Below are positions 46,172-55,924 of a stretch of 64,000 bases of DNA, piece by piece. The notes below the pieces were generated by a model. That model saw only the letters and a list, made by a program, of their open reading frames with translations, was not told the origin of the DNA and did not search any database. Source of the stretch: Candidatus Bathyarchaeia archaeon (GTDB taxonomy: Archaea > Thermoproteota > Bathyarchaeia > 40CM-2-53-6); NCBI GenBank assembly GCA_049513715.1, contig JBEKVV010000001.1:224001-288000 (forward strand), given 5' to 3'. The position numbers were made by a program, and so were the translations under genes. Numbering within the stretch: position 1 is the stretch's first letter; the number at the start of each line of letters is the position of its first letter.

Positions 46172-46996
46172 GTGGTCTCGTTGAACCTGAAGATTGGGTG
46201 CAGTGGCTGGTCATACGTCGACTGGGTAGGCCCGTTCTACCCTAAGGAAAGTAAGCAACAAGAATTCCTGCGGCTGTACTCCCAAGTCTTTGATTGTGTT
46301 GAAATCGACTCCACATTCTACAGAGCTCCCTCCATGGCCATGGTACAACAGTGGGACAAGTCAACCCCTCAGGGTTTCATCTTCTCTCCCAAACTCCCTA
46401 AACGAATAACCCACGACCAACACTTGGAAGGCATCGCATCTTATCTGGAGCATTTCACCCGAACCTTAGGGCAATTGGGGGGCAAGCTTGGCCCGTTTGT
46501 GGTGCAACTTCCACCCTCTTTCAAACGCCCAAAACACGAGAAAGCACTTAGTAGTTTCCTGTCGGAGCTGAGTGGTGCGCATAGATACGCTATCGAGTTT
46601 CGTCATAAATCCTGGTTTGATACCGACGTGGAAAAGCAGCTCGAAACGCGGAACATCTGCCAAGTATGGTCGGTCAACCAATACCTAACAACCCCAGCGA
46701 GTGTTACCTCTGATTTCGTCTACATGCGGTTCGTTGGTGATAGGGCGATAAACCAATTCAACAAAATACAGAAAGACCAAGCAGATACCATGAAGTCTCA
46801 GAGCAATACTCTCAAGGAGGTCGGAGACTCCGTCAAAGAGCGTTTCGTTTTCTTCAACAATCACTTTGCGGGTTTCGGCCCTGCTTCGGCAAACGAGTTC
46901 AGAAGGTTGATGGGCCTCGTAGAGATGGATTGGACTGGACTGCAGAAGGGCGGTTTGCCACAACGAACACTCTTCGATTTCTCGAAATCAAAATAG
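46172..46996 (+). CDS. DUF72 family protein
   Basis: IGCSGWSY..W, VEIDSTFY, QLPPSF, EFRHKSW, FFNNH. Confidence 0.93.
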   Translation: MVSLNLKIGCSGWSYVDWVGPFYPKESKQQEFLRLYSQVFDCVEIDSTFYRAPSMAMVQQWDKSTPQGFIFSPKLPKRITHDQHLEGIASYLEHFTRTLGQLGGKLGPFVVQLPPSFKRPKHEKALSSFLSELSGAHRYAIEFRHKSWFDTDVEKQLETRNICQVWSVNQYLTTPASVTSDFVYMRFVGDRAINQFNKIQKDQADTMKSQSNTLKEVGDSVKERFVFFNNHFAGFGPASANEFRRLMGLVEMDWTGLQKGGLPQRTLFDFSKSK

Positions 46997-47014
46997 GCTG
47001 CTGATGAAGCGCAA

Positions 47015-48100
47015 TTGGCGCGTGTAATCTTCCATGTCGATTTGGACGCATTCTATGCGTCCGTCGAACAAAGGGAAAACCCCTCACTGCGCGGAAAGGC
47101 CTTGATTATCGGTGCCGACCCAAAGGAAGGCAAAGGCCGTGGGGTTGTCGTAGCATGTTCATACGAGGCTAGGAGAAGAGGCCTCCACTCAGGGCAACCA
47201 ATTTCCCAGGCATATCGGCTGTGCCCGGACGGCGTATACATCAGACCTAACCTCGCTCTGTATGGACAAATTTCCTCGGATATCATGGAGCGCTTAAGAA
47301 AGTACGCTGACAAGTTCGAGCAAGTTAGCATAGATGAGGCCTTCCTGGATGTAACTCAAAGCTTCACTCGGTTTGGCGGAGTAGTAGAACTCGCCAAAGG
47401 CATTAAGTCCGAGCTTAAGGAAGCGGAAGGATTGACCTGTTCGATTGGGATAGCGCCGAACATTTCGGCTGCGAAGATTGCTTCTGACTTCCAAAAACCC
47501 GACGGCCTAACTTACATAGATCGTGACCGCGTGAAGGAATTTCTGGCCCCACTTGAAGTTTCCAAAATCAGCGGCATCGGAAAGAAAACTGAACGCAGCC
47601 TCAACGAATTGGGGATCAAAACCATTGGCGACTTGGCCGCATACCCGCCGAAGGAACTGTACAAGCAATTTGGGAAACCAGCAATTTGGTTGTGGGCTAT
47701 TGCCAACGGCGATGAGCGAGTCCAGGTGCAGGAAAACTATGTGATGAAATCGATTGGGGCAGAACACACGTTTGAGGAGGATGAGGATGATTGGCACGTT
47801 ATTGACCGAGAACTCGCTTCTCTAGTCGAATCTGTCCATGGACGTTTGGAGGATGAGAGAAAGGTGTATCGCACAATCACCTTGAAAATCAGGTTCAAGG
47901 GGTTCGAAACATTCACGCGGGCGAAGACACTTGCATTTTCCACATCAAGTAAAGATGTCATCCTCGAAACGATCAGTGGGCTAGCCAAAGAGTTCATGGG
48001 TTATCCCAAGAAGGTGCGGTTGGTCGGAGTCCGCCTTTCTGGGTTTGAAGCACGCCCCTCAACGGCCGGGCAGACTTTGGATTCGTTCGCGTCGTCCTGA
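47015..48100 (+). CDS. dinB: Y-family DNA polymerase IV
   Basis: HVDLDAFYASVE, SYEAR, SIDEAFLD, AKIASD..KPDG, VRLVGV little finger. Confidence 0.96.
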   Translation: MARVIFHVDLDAFYASVEQRENPSLRGKALIIGADPKEGKGRGVVVACSYEARRRGLHSGQPISQAYRLCPDGVYIRPNLALYGQISSDIMERLRKYADKFEQVSIDEAFLDVTQSFTRFGGVVELAKGIKSELKEAEGLTCSIGIAPNISAAKIASDFQKPDGLTYIDRDRVKEFLAPLEVSKISGIGKKTERSLNELGIKTIGDLAAYPPKELYKQFGKPAIWLWAIANGDERVQVQENYVMKSIGAEHTFEEDEDDWHVIDRELASLVESVHGRLEDERKVYRTITLKIRFKGFETFTRAKTLAFSTSSKDVILETISGLAKEFMGYPKKVRLVGVRLSGFEARPSTAGQTLDSFASS

Positions 48101-48111
48101 CGGTCATGCAT

Positions 48112-49014
48112 CTAAGCTGCGAGTTTGATCTCGGGCATGATTTTTCCGAGAGAGTCGCGAAGTGCCTGTATTTCTTGGGCGCTCATGTGGCGCAATGGTG
48201 GTTTGACCGTCCCGCTCCGTAATCCCCTCATCTTCAAGGCTTCCAGCAGTGGGGCGATGGGGGGGTTGCTCAGTGCGGACCGAAGCGCATGGATTCTCAG
48301 CTGTAAGGCTTTTCCCCGTTCGTAGTTCTTGTTCCTGTAAGCGTCGTACATTTCAACGAAGATTTCTGGAAAAGCGCTCGCGGTTGCAGAGACGCCCGCT
48401 GCGACGCCAGCGCAGAAGGCTGAAAATTGGTAGGAGTCAGTTCCGTTCAGTATGTTGAACTCGCTTGGTAATTTGTTCAGGTAGTCAAGTAGTTGCAGGA
48501 AATTTTGGCTGCTGTCTTTGATCCCTATGACGCGGGGAATTTTGCTGAGTTTCAGGAGCAGGTTCGCGTCGATGTTGTTTCCGGTATTGGGCGGTATGTT
48601 GTAGACGAGCAAGGGCAAGTTTGTTGCGCGCGACAGCCTTTGGTAGTGTTCAATGAACGCTTCTTCTCCTGGATGGTAATAGAATGGTGTTAGGTAGGCT
48701 ACGGCGTCCGCGCCGATTCCTTCAGCGTGAATAGCAAGCTCTATCCCAACTAGTGGGTCGGCGGCTCCGACCTGCACGATGACTGGTACGCGTCTCTTCA
48801 CTGCTTTAACTACGACCTCTGCAACTCTTTTTCTTTGCTCGGGTTGCATAACGGGGCCGAGGCCTGTGGTTCCGAGAGGAAAGAGCCCATTCACCTTACT
48901 CTTAATTTGGAATTCAACGAGTTCTTTCAATGAATCCTCTTCGACTTGGCCAGCGGAAGAGAAAGGTGTTACGAGCGCTGGAATCATACCGCGTAACTTG
49001 AGCGAGTTTGACAT
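48112..49014 (-). CDS. DapA/N-acetylneuraminate lyase family aldolase
   Basis: GTTG, YNIP, GIKDS (Schiff-base Lys); substrate not assignable. Confidence 0.9.
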   Translation of the reverse strand: MSNSLKLRGMIPALVTPFSSAGQVEEDSLKELVEFQIKSKVNGLFPLGTTGLGPVMQPEQRKRVAEVVVKAVKRRVPVIVQVGAADPLVGIELAIHAEGIGADAVAYLTPFYYHPGEEAFIEHYQRLSRATNLPLLVYNIPPNTGNNIDANLLLKLSKIPRVIGIKDSSQNFLQLLDYLNKLPSEFNILNGTDSYQFSAFCAGVAAGVSATASAFPEIFVEMYDAYRNKNYERGKALQLRIHALRSALSNPPIAPLLEALKMRGLRSGTVKPPLRHMSAQEIQALRDSLGKIMPEIKLAA

Positions 49015-49075
49015 TGTGTGCGCTCCGCTGTCAGTCGGAGTGTAGCACCGACTAAAAGGTATTGATTTCAGAGGG

Positions 49076-49666
49076 TTACGGTTTTCTGCGTTGCAGAAAC
49101 CGGGTAAGGCGAGTGGCCATCTTCAACGCGATTCTCCCGGGAAGAGTCACAAGGTAGCGGCCCCTGTCTCCCTCTTGGACGATTAGACCCGCCTCTTGGA
49201 GAGTCTTGAGGTGGTTCGATATTGTGCTTGGTGAAATGTCTTTGAGCACTGATTCTATTTCGCTAGCATATCTTCCTCCATACAGAAGCTCGGAGAGAAT
49301 TCGAAGGCGATGCTCGCTTGCAAGCGCTCCCATTAGTGAAGCGGCACGTTCAGCCTCAGTGGCGTTCAGAGAGTGCGCGCTAACTCTCTCGATATGTCTA
49401 TCAAACCAAGCTCCAGTCGGATCCACAAGGACTGATTTCTCGATTTCAGAAGAAATGCCTGACATGACGCTTTCAACAACATCGCTCACGTAGTCACCTA
49501 TTGACTGGCCCAAATTGCGGTTTGGAGTACGTTCCCGTGTCTTGCTGCTGGGCGGTGGAATCGATTCAGAGACCCGTCTGATATCTTCGCGGAGTTTTGC
49601 AACTTCCTCTTTCAGGTCGTCGATGCCTTCTCGACGTTCCTTGGTTGTGTCGTCCAATTCGTTCAC
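49076..49666 (-). CDS. ArsR family regulator with N-terminal coiled-coil extension
   Basis: ALASEHRLRIL...SPSTISNHLKTLQEAGLI. Confidence 0.85.
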   Translation of the reverse strand: MNELDDTTKERREGIDDLKEEVAKLREDIRRVSESIPPPSSKTRERTPNRNLGQSIGDYVSDVVESVMSGISSEIEKSVLVDPTGAWFDRHIERVSAHSLNATEAERAASLMGALASEHRLRILSELLYGGRYASEIESVLKDISPSTISNHLKTLQEAGLIVQEGDRGRYLVTLPGRIALKMATRLTRFLQRRKP

Positions 49667-49775
49667 CGAATTTAATTCGTGTTGAATCGAATTGAATTCG
49701 TATATTATAAATATTGCTCACGTTGTGGGAGTTCCGATTATGGCCTTTCTGCTCTAAATCTCCGTGACCGACCCG

Positions 49776-50582
49776 TTACTCCTCGAGTGTAACCTGCTGG
49801 TTTTCTTGGAGCTTGATGCGGTGCCAACGTGCATCAAAACCAATATCCTTCATGCTCCTCAGGCGAATCAGATTCTGGGCTGGGTCAGAAGTCTCATCAA
49901 GCTTGAAATCCACCACTCCATCGGCAGCGGCTTCGAACCGCTTGTAGACCCAATCGCTATGGACGCCCTTGATGAGGCTAGCTATGATTGTTGTATTGCG
50001 GAACTTAGCCATGGGAATAATCCTAGTCAACGAGAATTCAACCCAGTTTTTCTCCTCGTTGAATCGAGCCAAGATAGAACCGTCATCTATGATATTCAAT
50101 GAAGTTGGAAGAGGGGGCCCTCGCAACTGTTCCTGTGAGTAAAAGATACTCAGATCGGAAACCTTCATGGATCCGATGGCGAATGGCTCATTAGATTTCT
50201 GGCCGAGTGCCGCGGTATACCAATCCCAAATCCGTAGCTTTCCTTCTTCTTCTAGGGTCTTCGGATCTAGGCCCTGGCGTTTCAACTTGAGACGTATGCT
50301 CTCTGGGGGTTGTGTGGAGACGCTGTAGCTGACTTTGCCCCCGCCCTTTATCCACCCCACCACAATTGTGAGGGAAGCATTGAACCATTGTGAGGCGGGG
50401 TCGAACTCAACTAGAAGGTTTGTTCCCTGCGGCACAGGGCCAGTGGTCAATTCTTCGATTAGTGGAATTCGCACTGTCAGTCCCTGATCTAAGGGAGTTC
50501 GTACATGACTTAACTTCTGATGCTTGTTCCGAACAAATAGAGAGGTAGGAGACTGCCTGGCCGCTTCATCGTCTCTAGGCAC
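49776..50582 (-). CDS. KaiC/RAD55-like RecA-fold protein with degenerate Walker A
   Basis: RIPLIEELT, LLVEFDPASQW in place of the P-loop, IWDWYT, ADGVVDF; true start probably ~50474. Confidence 0.75.
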   Translation of the reverse strand: MPRDDEAARQSPTSLFVRNKHQKLSHVRTPLDQGLTVRIPLIEELTTGPVPQGTNLLVEFDPASQWFNASLTIVVGWIKGGGKVSYSVSTQPPESIRLKLKRQGLDPKTLEEEGKLRIWDWYTAALGQKSNEPFAIGSMKVSDLSIFYSQEQLRGPPLPTSLNIIDDGSILARFNEEKNWVEFSLTRIIPMAKFRNTTIIASLIKGVHSDWVYKRFEAAADGVVDFKLDETSDPAQNLIRLRSMKDIGFDARWHRIKLQENQQVTLEE

Positions 50583-50880
50583 CTTTCGAGGTCGCGACCA
50601 ATGTCTCCGTTGACCCTAGCTCAATGCTGCACGCATCGAACAATTCTTGCAAGTATTGACCCATCGTTGTCAAATCGGGTGCGCGCCATACTACGACCAG
50701 GTCGTAGCGCCCGAGTGTGACGAAGGTGTGATCCTCGTGTATCCCTCGCTTGTGTCTGGCCAACTTCTGGTCCGCTTGGTCGATGGCTTTCATGAAGTTG
50801 GTCGGGGTCTTCCCTGGACTGAGTTTGACAAGTGTGATGAAGTAGTGCGCCTTTGTTCCGTCTGGCGCAGTAATCGGCAT
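50575..50880 (-). CDS. GYD domain protein
   Basis: YFITLVK, TLGRYDLVVV..APD, STETLVA; start at ATG 50880. Confidence 0.75.
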   Translation of the reverse strand: MPITAPDGTKAHYFITLVKLSPGKTPTNFMKAIDQADQKLARHKRGIHEDHTFVTLGRYDLVVVWRAPDLTTMGQYLQELFDACSIELGSTETLVATSKGA

Positions 50881-51110
50881 TATTGCAAATCGATTAGGCA
50901 AACTGTTCACCTCAACAAACTGTCCACTTCGGTACCATATATCGCTTTGCAAAGAGCAATGGTTTTTGAGGTTGGTTTTTCTCAAGGCGGCGAGATTTGG
51001 GAAATTCGTAAAATAGGAAAATTCCCGGACACAGCTGTCCTTGAGCGGTAACGCCAGTCGACTTTGGCATCTTCCAAAATCCGGAGTGGGATTAAGGGGT
51101 CCCTCGAGGT

Positions 51111-51422
51111 CTAGGCTGGATTGGCCTTTTCACAGTCGTAAATGATTTCTCGCTCAAGTGCCCTGCCCTTCCTGAACTTCCAAATTTCAGCTCGGCCGCG
51201 GAAAGCTTCAGCCCACACTTTCAGCGTCTCTTTCTCGGTTTTGCTTGCGCGGCCCTTTCCGCTCTTTACTTGAACCATTAGAATTCGGCCATCCCGGCCT
51301 GCAAAGATGTCAACGGGGCCGTGGGAGGCTGCGCTGCGGCTGCAATACCACCCTTCTTGCCTCAATTTTCGCAGCACCTGGTACTCGCGGCTACGGCCTC
51401 TAGTATAGGGTGTGGAAACCAT
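51111..51422 (-). CDS. hjc: Hjc-like Holliday junction resolvase
   Basis: RGRSREY, RSAAS.GPVDIFA, VQVKS (PD-(D/E)xK variant with Q). Confidence 0.8.
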   Translation of the reverse strand: MVSTPYTRGRSREYQVLRKLRQEGWYCSRSAASHGPVDIFAGRDGRILMVQVKSGKGRASKTEKETLKVWAEAFRGRAEIWKFRKGRALEREIIYDCEKANPA

Positions 51423-51549
51423 TCCTCAATCCGGCCCTCTTGATTTCCTATTCTCAATCATATACATGTTCCAGTGGATACGGGGACGGGTGGTTATCTT
51501 TGATGCGGAGATGTAAAACACTTAAGGCGCTGTAAATCGGTCTCATCGA

Positions 51550-53241
51550 GTGGGACGACCCGCTTTGCGCTCTTCAACCCGCCTGCTAGTTTTGTCAGCG
51601 CTATTTGTGGGCTTGTTTGCTCTTCTGAATCCAGCTGTTCGCGCCCAACCCATTTACACCGTCACAGTCACGGTTCAAGGGTTGCCAGATACTGCGAGTA
51701 CAGTGGTCTACGTTGACGGTGGCGCAAACGGAACTCTCTCTGGCGGCCAATCGCGCACATTCACTTTCATGTTCGCGAGCTCACCTCACATAATCACAGT
51801 GGACTATTACGTTCCTAATGTCGGAGCCAACGGCACGAGGTATTATGATAAGGATACTTCTTGGACGTTCAACGGCACGGCCAACCATGTCTTCACTTAC
51901 GTGACCCAATACTACCTTGAAGTGAAATCCTCATACAGCACATCGGGAGGGCAGGGATGGTATGACGCGGGGACGTCGGTTCAAGCCACCATTCAGGACG
52001 CTCAAGTAGGCGAGGGCGCGGGTACTCGGAACGTCTTCGCTGGTTGGTCTGGAGATGCGACCGGCAAGGATCTGAGTTCCGTAACTATATCCATGAATGG
52101 GCCGAAGACAGCAGTTGCTACTTGGAAAACGCAGTTCTACCTGAATGTAGAATCCGACCCGCCTAGCGTCAGCAACCTGAATGGGTCAGGTTGGTACGAC
52201 GCAAATAGCGTTGCGAATTTCTCCGCGCCCACAGTCATATCAGCGAATGACAATTCTCGGTTGAGGCTGAGTCATTGGACGGGTGCCTACAGTGGTAGCG
52301 ACCCTACGGGCAGCACTGTGATGGATCAACCCAAGTCGGTTAAGGCGAATTACATCGCACAATACCTGCTAACCGTAGAGTACAATCCACACAGCATCAC
52401 AACTTCCTACAATGAAACCCACACCGGCTGGTTCGACGCGAACACGAACGTGCAACTCGGTCCCGCACCGGCCACAATCACGCTCAGCACTGTGGAGAGG
52501 ATTCGATTCCTACAATGGGATGTGGACGGCAACACAAGCACCAATCTTTCGATGACGGTCCTTATGGACAAGCCGCACAAGGTTGCGTTGGCGTACAAGA
52601 CACAGTACTTCGTTGAAGTTCGCTCGTCCTATGGTTCAGCGACTGGGACCGGGTGGTATGACCAAGGGTCAACCGCAACGATAGCAGTCGCTGCGACGCA
52701 GGGAACATGGCCGATTTCATACGCGCTCACAGACTGGCGCGTAGATCCACCTACTGGAACGCTGACAAAAACGGGCGATTCATGGTCGTTGACTGTTGAC
52801 CGGCCATATGTCGTTGAAGCGGATTGGAACCTAGATTACGTGCCACTAATACTTGTCTTCGGTGGTGGTAGTGTCGCCATCGCCGCGGTTGCAGTTGGTA
52901 TTTTCTTCGCCAACCGGCGGGGGCTCTTCAATTTTGGTGGTCCAGTCCTCGGCTCTTTAGGACCAAAATCGAGGTTGCCGCGCATTCCTAGAGGGAGGGG
53001 AAGGGTCTGTAGCAGTTGTGGCAATCGCATCCCAGAGGGTGCGACCTTCTGTCAGAGATGCGGAGCGCCTGTTAGAGCGCCTGCTGTGCCGCCTTCTACT
53101 CTAGATGATAAGGTGTACGATTACATTGTCAAGCATGAAGGCGTGATTTCTACGAGCAAAGCATCGAGTGACCTGGGGCTGTCGGTTAATGAACTGAAGG
53201 AAATTACGGAGAGGTTGAAAAAGAAGGGGCTACTGACCTAG
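51550..53241 (+). CDS. Type I membrane protein: extracellular beta-repeats, TM, cytoplasmic zinc ribbon and winged helix
   Basis: Signal peptide; four QY..L.V...GWYD repeats (divergent InlB B-repeat-like); TM; CSSC..CQRC; LDDKVYDYI...LKKKGLL wHTH. Confidence 0.75.
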   Translation: MGRPALRSSTRLLVLSALFVGLFALLNPAVRAQPIYTVTVTVQGLPDTASTVVYVDGGANGTLSGGQSRTFTFMFASSPHIITVDYYVPNVGANGTRYYDKDTSWTFNGTANHVFTYVTQYYLEVKSSYSTSGGQGWYDAGTSVQATIQDAQVGEGAGTRNVFAGWSGDATGKDLSSVTISMNGPKTAVATWKTQFYLNVESDPPSVSNLNGSGWYDANSVANFSAPTVISANDNSRLRLSHWTGAYSGSDPTGSTVMDQPKSVKANYIAQYLLTVEYNPHSITTSYNETHTGWFDANTNVQLGPAPATITLSTVERIRFLQWDVDGNTSTNLSMTVLMDKPHKVALAYKTQYFVEVRSSYGSATGTGWYDQGSTATIAVAATQGTWPISYALTDWRVDPPTGTLTKTGDSWSLTVDRPYVVEADWNLDYVPLILVFGGGSVAIAAVAVGIFFANRRGLFNFGGPVLGSLGPKSRLPRIPRGRGRVCSSCGNRIPEGATFCQRCGAPVRAPAVPPSTLDDKVYDYIVKHEGVISTSKASSDLGLSVNELKEITERLKKKGLLT

Positions 53242-53243
53242 GG

Positions 53244-53666
53244 TTAGAATGGCCAAGACCGGTTCTGTTCTTGCGGCTGGTAAACTATCTGAGGTTGTTG
53301 TTCGTACGCGTTGGGTGGGTGGCCAATTTTCGGAGCCAAGCCCCAGTAGCATTCAGGGCAGAAGTTCAGCATACCGTACTGTTTGTTGCACCCGGCGCAA
53401 ATGGATCTGCCACACCGAGAGCATACATATGACGACGGCAACTCGTTATGGTAGTAGCATGTTCCCGGCCGCGATACGTTCCTAGGGGTGTAGATTGGTG
53501 GAGCCATCGGGCTCGGGCCCGGAGTGGGCAAGCCAGTCAGCGGGGACTTCACCTCAACTTTGACGGGTGGTGTAAGTGAAGGCGCTTGCGATACTGCCGC
53601 TCCACAACTGTAGCAGAACTTAGCATTGTCTGCGTTGCCCCTGCCACAAACTCGGCATATTGCCAT
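53244..53666 (-). CDS. Zinc-ribbon + B-box-like protein (soluble)
   Basis: CRVC..CYSC, Pro-rich linker, CYYH-x7-CSRC-x4-CAGC-x8-CPEC; start at MAICRV. Confidence 0.8.
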   Translation of the reverse strand: MAICRVCGRGNADNAKFCYSCGAAVSQAPSLTPPVKVEVKSPLTGLPTPGPSPMAPPIYTPRNVSRPGTCYYHNELPSSYVCSRCGRSICAGCNKQYGMLNFCPECYWGLAPKIGHPPNAYEQQPQIVYQPQEQNRSWPF

Positions 53667-53823
53667 GTCGTGTACCTTACAAAGAACTGCTCTCATGCAT
53701 TTCTTAACAGTTACTTACCCTGAAATGCTTCTCTCCATTCCCTTTCGCCACAAAACAAGGCTATTTCAGCGAGTGACGCTGCATTGGCTTATGAAATATG
53801 ACACGGTTGATGCAAAATCATTC

Positions 53824-55074
53824 CTAAATCAGCCTGAGGATTGATTCGCGCAGTTCTCCGTTTTTGCTTTCTGAAATGACTTTCAGGTAATCCCCATGTG
53901 CAAGCTTCTTAACCGCTCTAGGGAGAGGCTCTAGGCTTTCCTCTCCTTTGATGGTTTCAGTGAAAATTCTGACTTGTGCTTCTGTTCTGAGAGCTTCTCG
54001 AATCGCGCCTTGCGGAGTCTGGCTTGAGGCGTGGATTTTCGCGAGCACAAAGTCGAGTCGCGGCACAACTTCCTTTGCAGTTCCATCTTTTCCGCATACG
54101 AAGCATTTCTCGCCTCGCTTCAAATCCATTTGTGTAAATCGGTTGTTTTTCATGTCAATGAACAGTACTGATCGCAAGGGTGGCCCGCTTGTCTCTGGCC
54201 ATTTGTGTTTCTCTTGGAACGTTGCGAGTCCCAGGATCAGTTTGGTGGTTTCTTGGGCGACGATTGAGGAGACGAGTGAGATTGAGGTCGCGAAAGATGG
54301 AACGGCTTCCTGTTCTAATGGTGCATCGCATGGGTTTCGTAGACCCACGATGTGTGAGTATTGGTTTGGCGGGAACATGCAGATTGGGCAAGGGTCTTCG
54401 GGCGGGATGTAAACGTGGACTCTGGCATTCAGGCCAGTGATACCGCCGTCGACCAGGGGCGTCGAGTATTTTCTGCTTACTTGTGTTAGGAAAATCCTTG
54501 AGACAACATTGTCGAGTCCGCAAACAATCACGTCGGAATCCAGGTAGAGCTTCAAGGGCAGCGATTCCAAATCGCCCCTAAAGGCTGCGGTTTCCACGAA
54601 TGGATACTTTTTGTGTACGTTTTTTGCGAGAACCTCGGCCTTGTTCTTTCCCAAATTGGTGGGTTCGAAGAATATCATGCGGCTGACGTTTGACATTTCT
54701 ACTTTATCGCGGTCCACAATGAGAAGTTTGCCGATTCCAAGCATCGCCAGATTCTTGGCGACTTCGTTTCCTATGGCGCCTGCGCCAGCGATAAGGACGG
54801 TTGAGTTTCTAATCTTATTCTGCCCGTCTGAGCCCCAGGCAATTAGGTGCCTTGCCCAAAGGTAGTCTACGACCACTGGCTCGCCAGACACTTTGAGTTT
54901 CGACACTCGGGTTGCGTCAGGGAGATTTTTCCCTGCCAGAAGTAGTCTTGTGAGTTCCGGCTCGATGCCGAACTTTGCACAAACAAGTTTCTTGAGATCT
55001 CTGACAGTCTGGTTGGGGCTCAGCTCCATCTCGATTTGTTTGTATGAGGGAATGGAGGCTTTCAGGCGCATCAA
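53824..55074 (-). CDS. Ubiquitin-activating enzyme E1-like protein with N-terminal Ubl domain
   Basis: AGAGAIG, DRDKVEMSNVSR, GKNKA, GLDN..SR, CPIC and CFVC Zn pairs, putative catalytic Cys in RNPC; N-terminal beta-grasp pattern. Confidence 0.9.
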   Translation of the reverse strand: MMRLKASIPSYKQIEMELSPNQTVRDLKKLVCAKFGIEPELTRLLLAGKNLPDATRVSKLKVSGEPVVVDYLWARHLIAWGSDGQNKIRNSTVLIAGAGAIGNEVAKNLAMLGIGKLLIVDRDKVEMSNVSRMIFFEPTNLGKNKAEVLAKNVHKKYPFVETAAFRGDLESLPLKLYLDSDVIVCGLDNVVSRIFLTQVSRKYSTPLVDGGITGLNARVHVYIPPEDPCPICMFPPNQYSHIVGLRNPCDAPLEQEAVPSFATSISLVSSIVAQETTKLILGLATFQEKHKWPETSGPPLRSVLFIDMKNNRFTQMDLKRGEKCFVCGKDGTAKEVVPRLDFVLAKIHASSQTPQGAIREALRTEAQVRIFTETIKGEESLEPLPRAVKKLAHGDYLKVISESKNGELRESILRLI

Positions 55075-55670
55075 GTGGACGCCCTATGCTCTTTCCCCGG
55101 AATACTGAACCTGACAATGTCCCTGGGTCCTGAGGGTGTGACAGGTACTCGTGGGACGGGAACGACGTTGAAGCGGAGAGTGTCGTCAGCTTCTTTCTTG
55201 GGTTGTTGTTTGACCTTGGTCATCTTCGGGAAGCCGTAGGAACGGCACACGTTTGCCGCCTTCAGTGACCGGGGATGGTCGAAGACGTTCGAAGGGTTCG
55301 GGTCGGTTAGGAGGTAGTGTAAGGCGTTAACAACTGAAATGAGCCTGAGGCGCGGGTCCCACTTATCCCCGAGGATCGAAACGCAGACAGCGTTCGGTAT
55401 GTTCGGCACAATGTTGGGGTGTGAGATGTCGGAAAGCCACATTGCTACCGGCGGCTTCAGGGGGTACTCTGGCGTTAGGTCTAGCCGAAACCGGTTCCAG
55501 TCAGTGTACTCAGTGAAAGGCCAGACGCCCTTCTCGGAGAGCTTCTTTACCTCACCCTTCTCGCAGCGAATCAGGCCCTCGAATTGGGTGGGGGGGTCGT
55601 TGAGGGCCGTGATCGTGGGGAACTGGTGGTTCAGCAGGGTCTTCTCTTTGTAAAGTACAGTGGTGTCCAT
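55071..55670 (-). CDS. Ubiquitin-conjugating enzyme E2 (UBC fold)
   Basis: EYPLKPP, HPNI, catalytic Cys in VCVSIL, WDP, LLTDPN. Confidence 0.93.
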   Translation of the reverse strand: MDTTVLYKEKTLLNHQFPTITALNDPPTQFEGLIRCEKGEVKKLSEKGVWPFTEYTDWNRFRLDLTPEYPLKPPVAMWLSDISHPNIVPNIPNAVCVSILGDKWDPRLRLISVVNALHYLLTDPNPSNVFDHPRSLKAANVCRSYGFPKMTKVKQQPKKEADDTLRFNVVPVPRVPVTPSGPRDIVRFSIPGKEHRAST

Positions 55671-55681
55671 TTGGGTTGGCC

Positions 55682-55924
55682 TTACCCACCTATGATGTTG
55701 TACGGCATGAGGGCAAGTTGAGCGTTCTCGGGAATACCCAACCGCGCTACGGTTGTACTCTCGTCAAGTATGGCTCCACCATACATGAGAGCGACGGTGG
55801 TGGGATCGACGTTGAAGGACTGGCAGACCTGCTGCTTGATTTCGCCAACTGTGTGGTCTGGAATTACGTCAATCTCCGCCAAGCCTGTCTGCGGCCCGAT
55901 TGGAGCTTGGACGAACAGTTTCAT
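55682..55924 (-). CDS. Ubiquitin-like protein ending in diglycine
   Basis: MKLFVQ..TVGEIKQQV..LMYGGAILDESTTV..GI..IIGG-stop; SD GGAGGTGA at 55935-55942 favours ATG 55924. Confidence 0.9.
   Translation of the reverse strand: MKLFVQAPIGPQTGLAEIDVIPDHTVGEIKQQVCQSFNVDPTTVALMYGGAILDESTTVARLGIPENAQLALMPYNIIGG

Noticed and set aside
53824..55924. Reading E1 + Ubl as a SAMP/MoaD/ThiS sulfur-transfer system
   Set aside because: An E2 with HPN and catalytic Cys lies between them, the Ubl resembles ubiquitin more than MoaD, and no cofactor-biosynthesis genes are adjacent.
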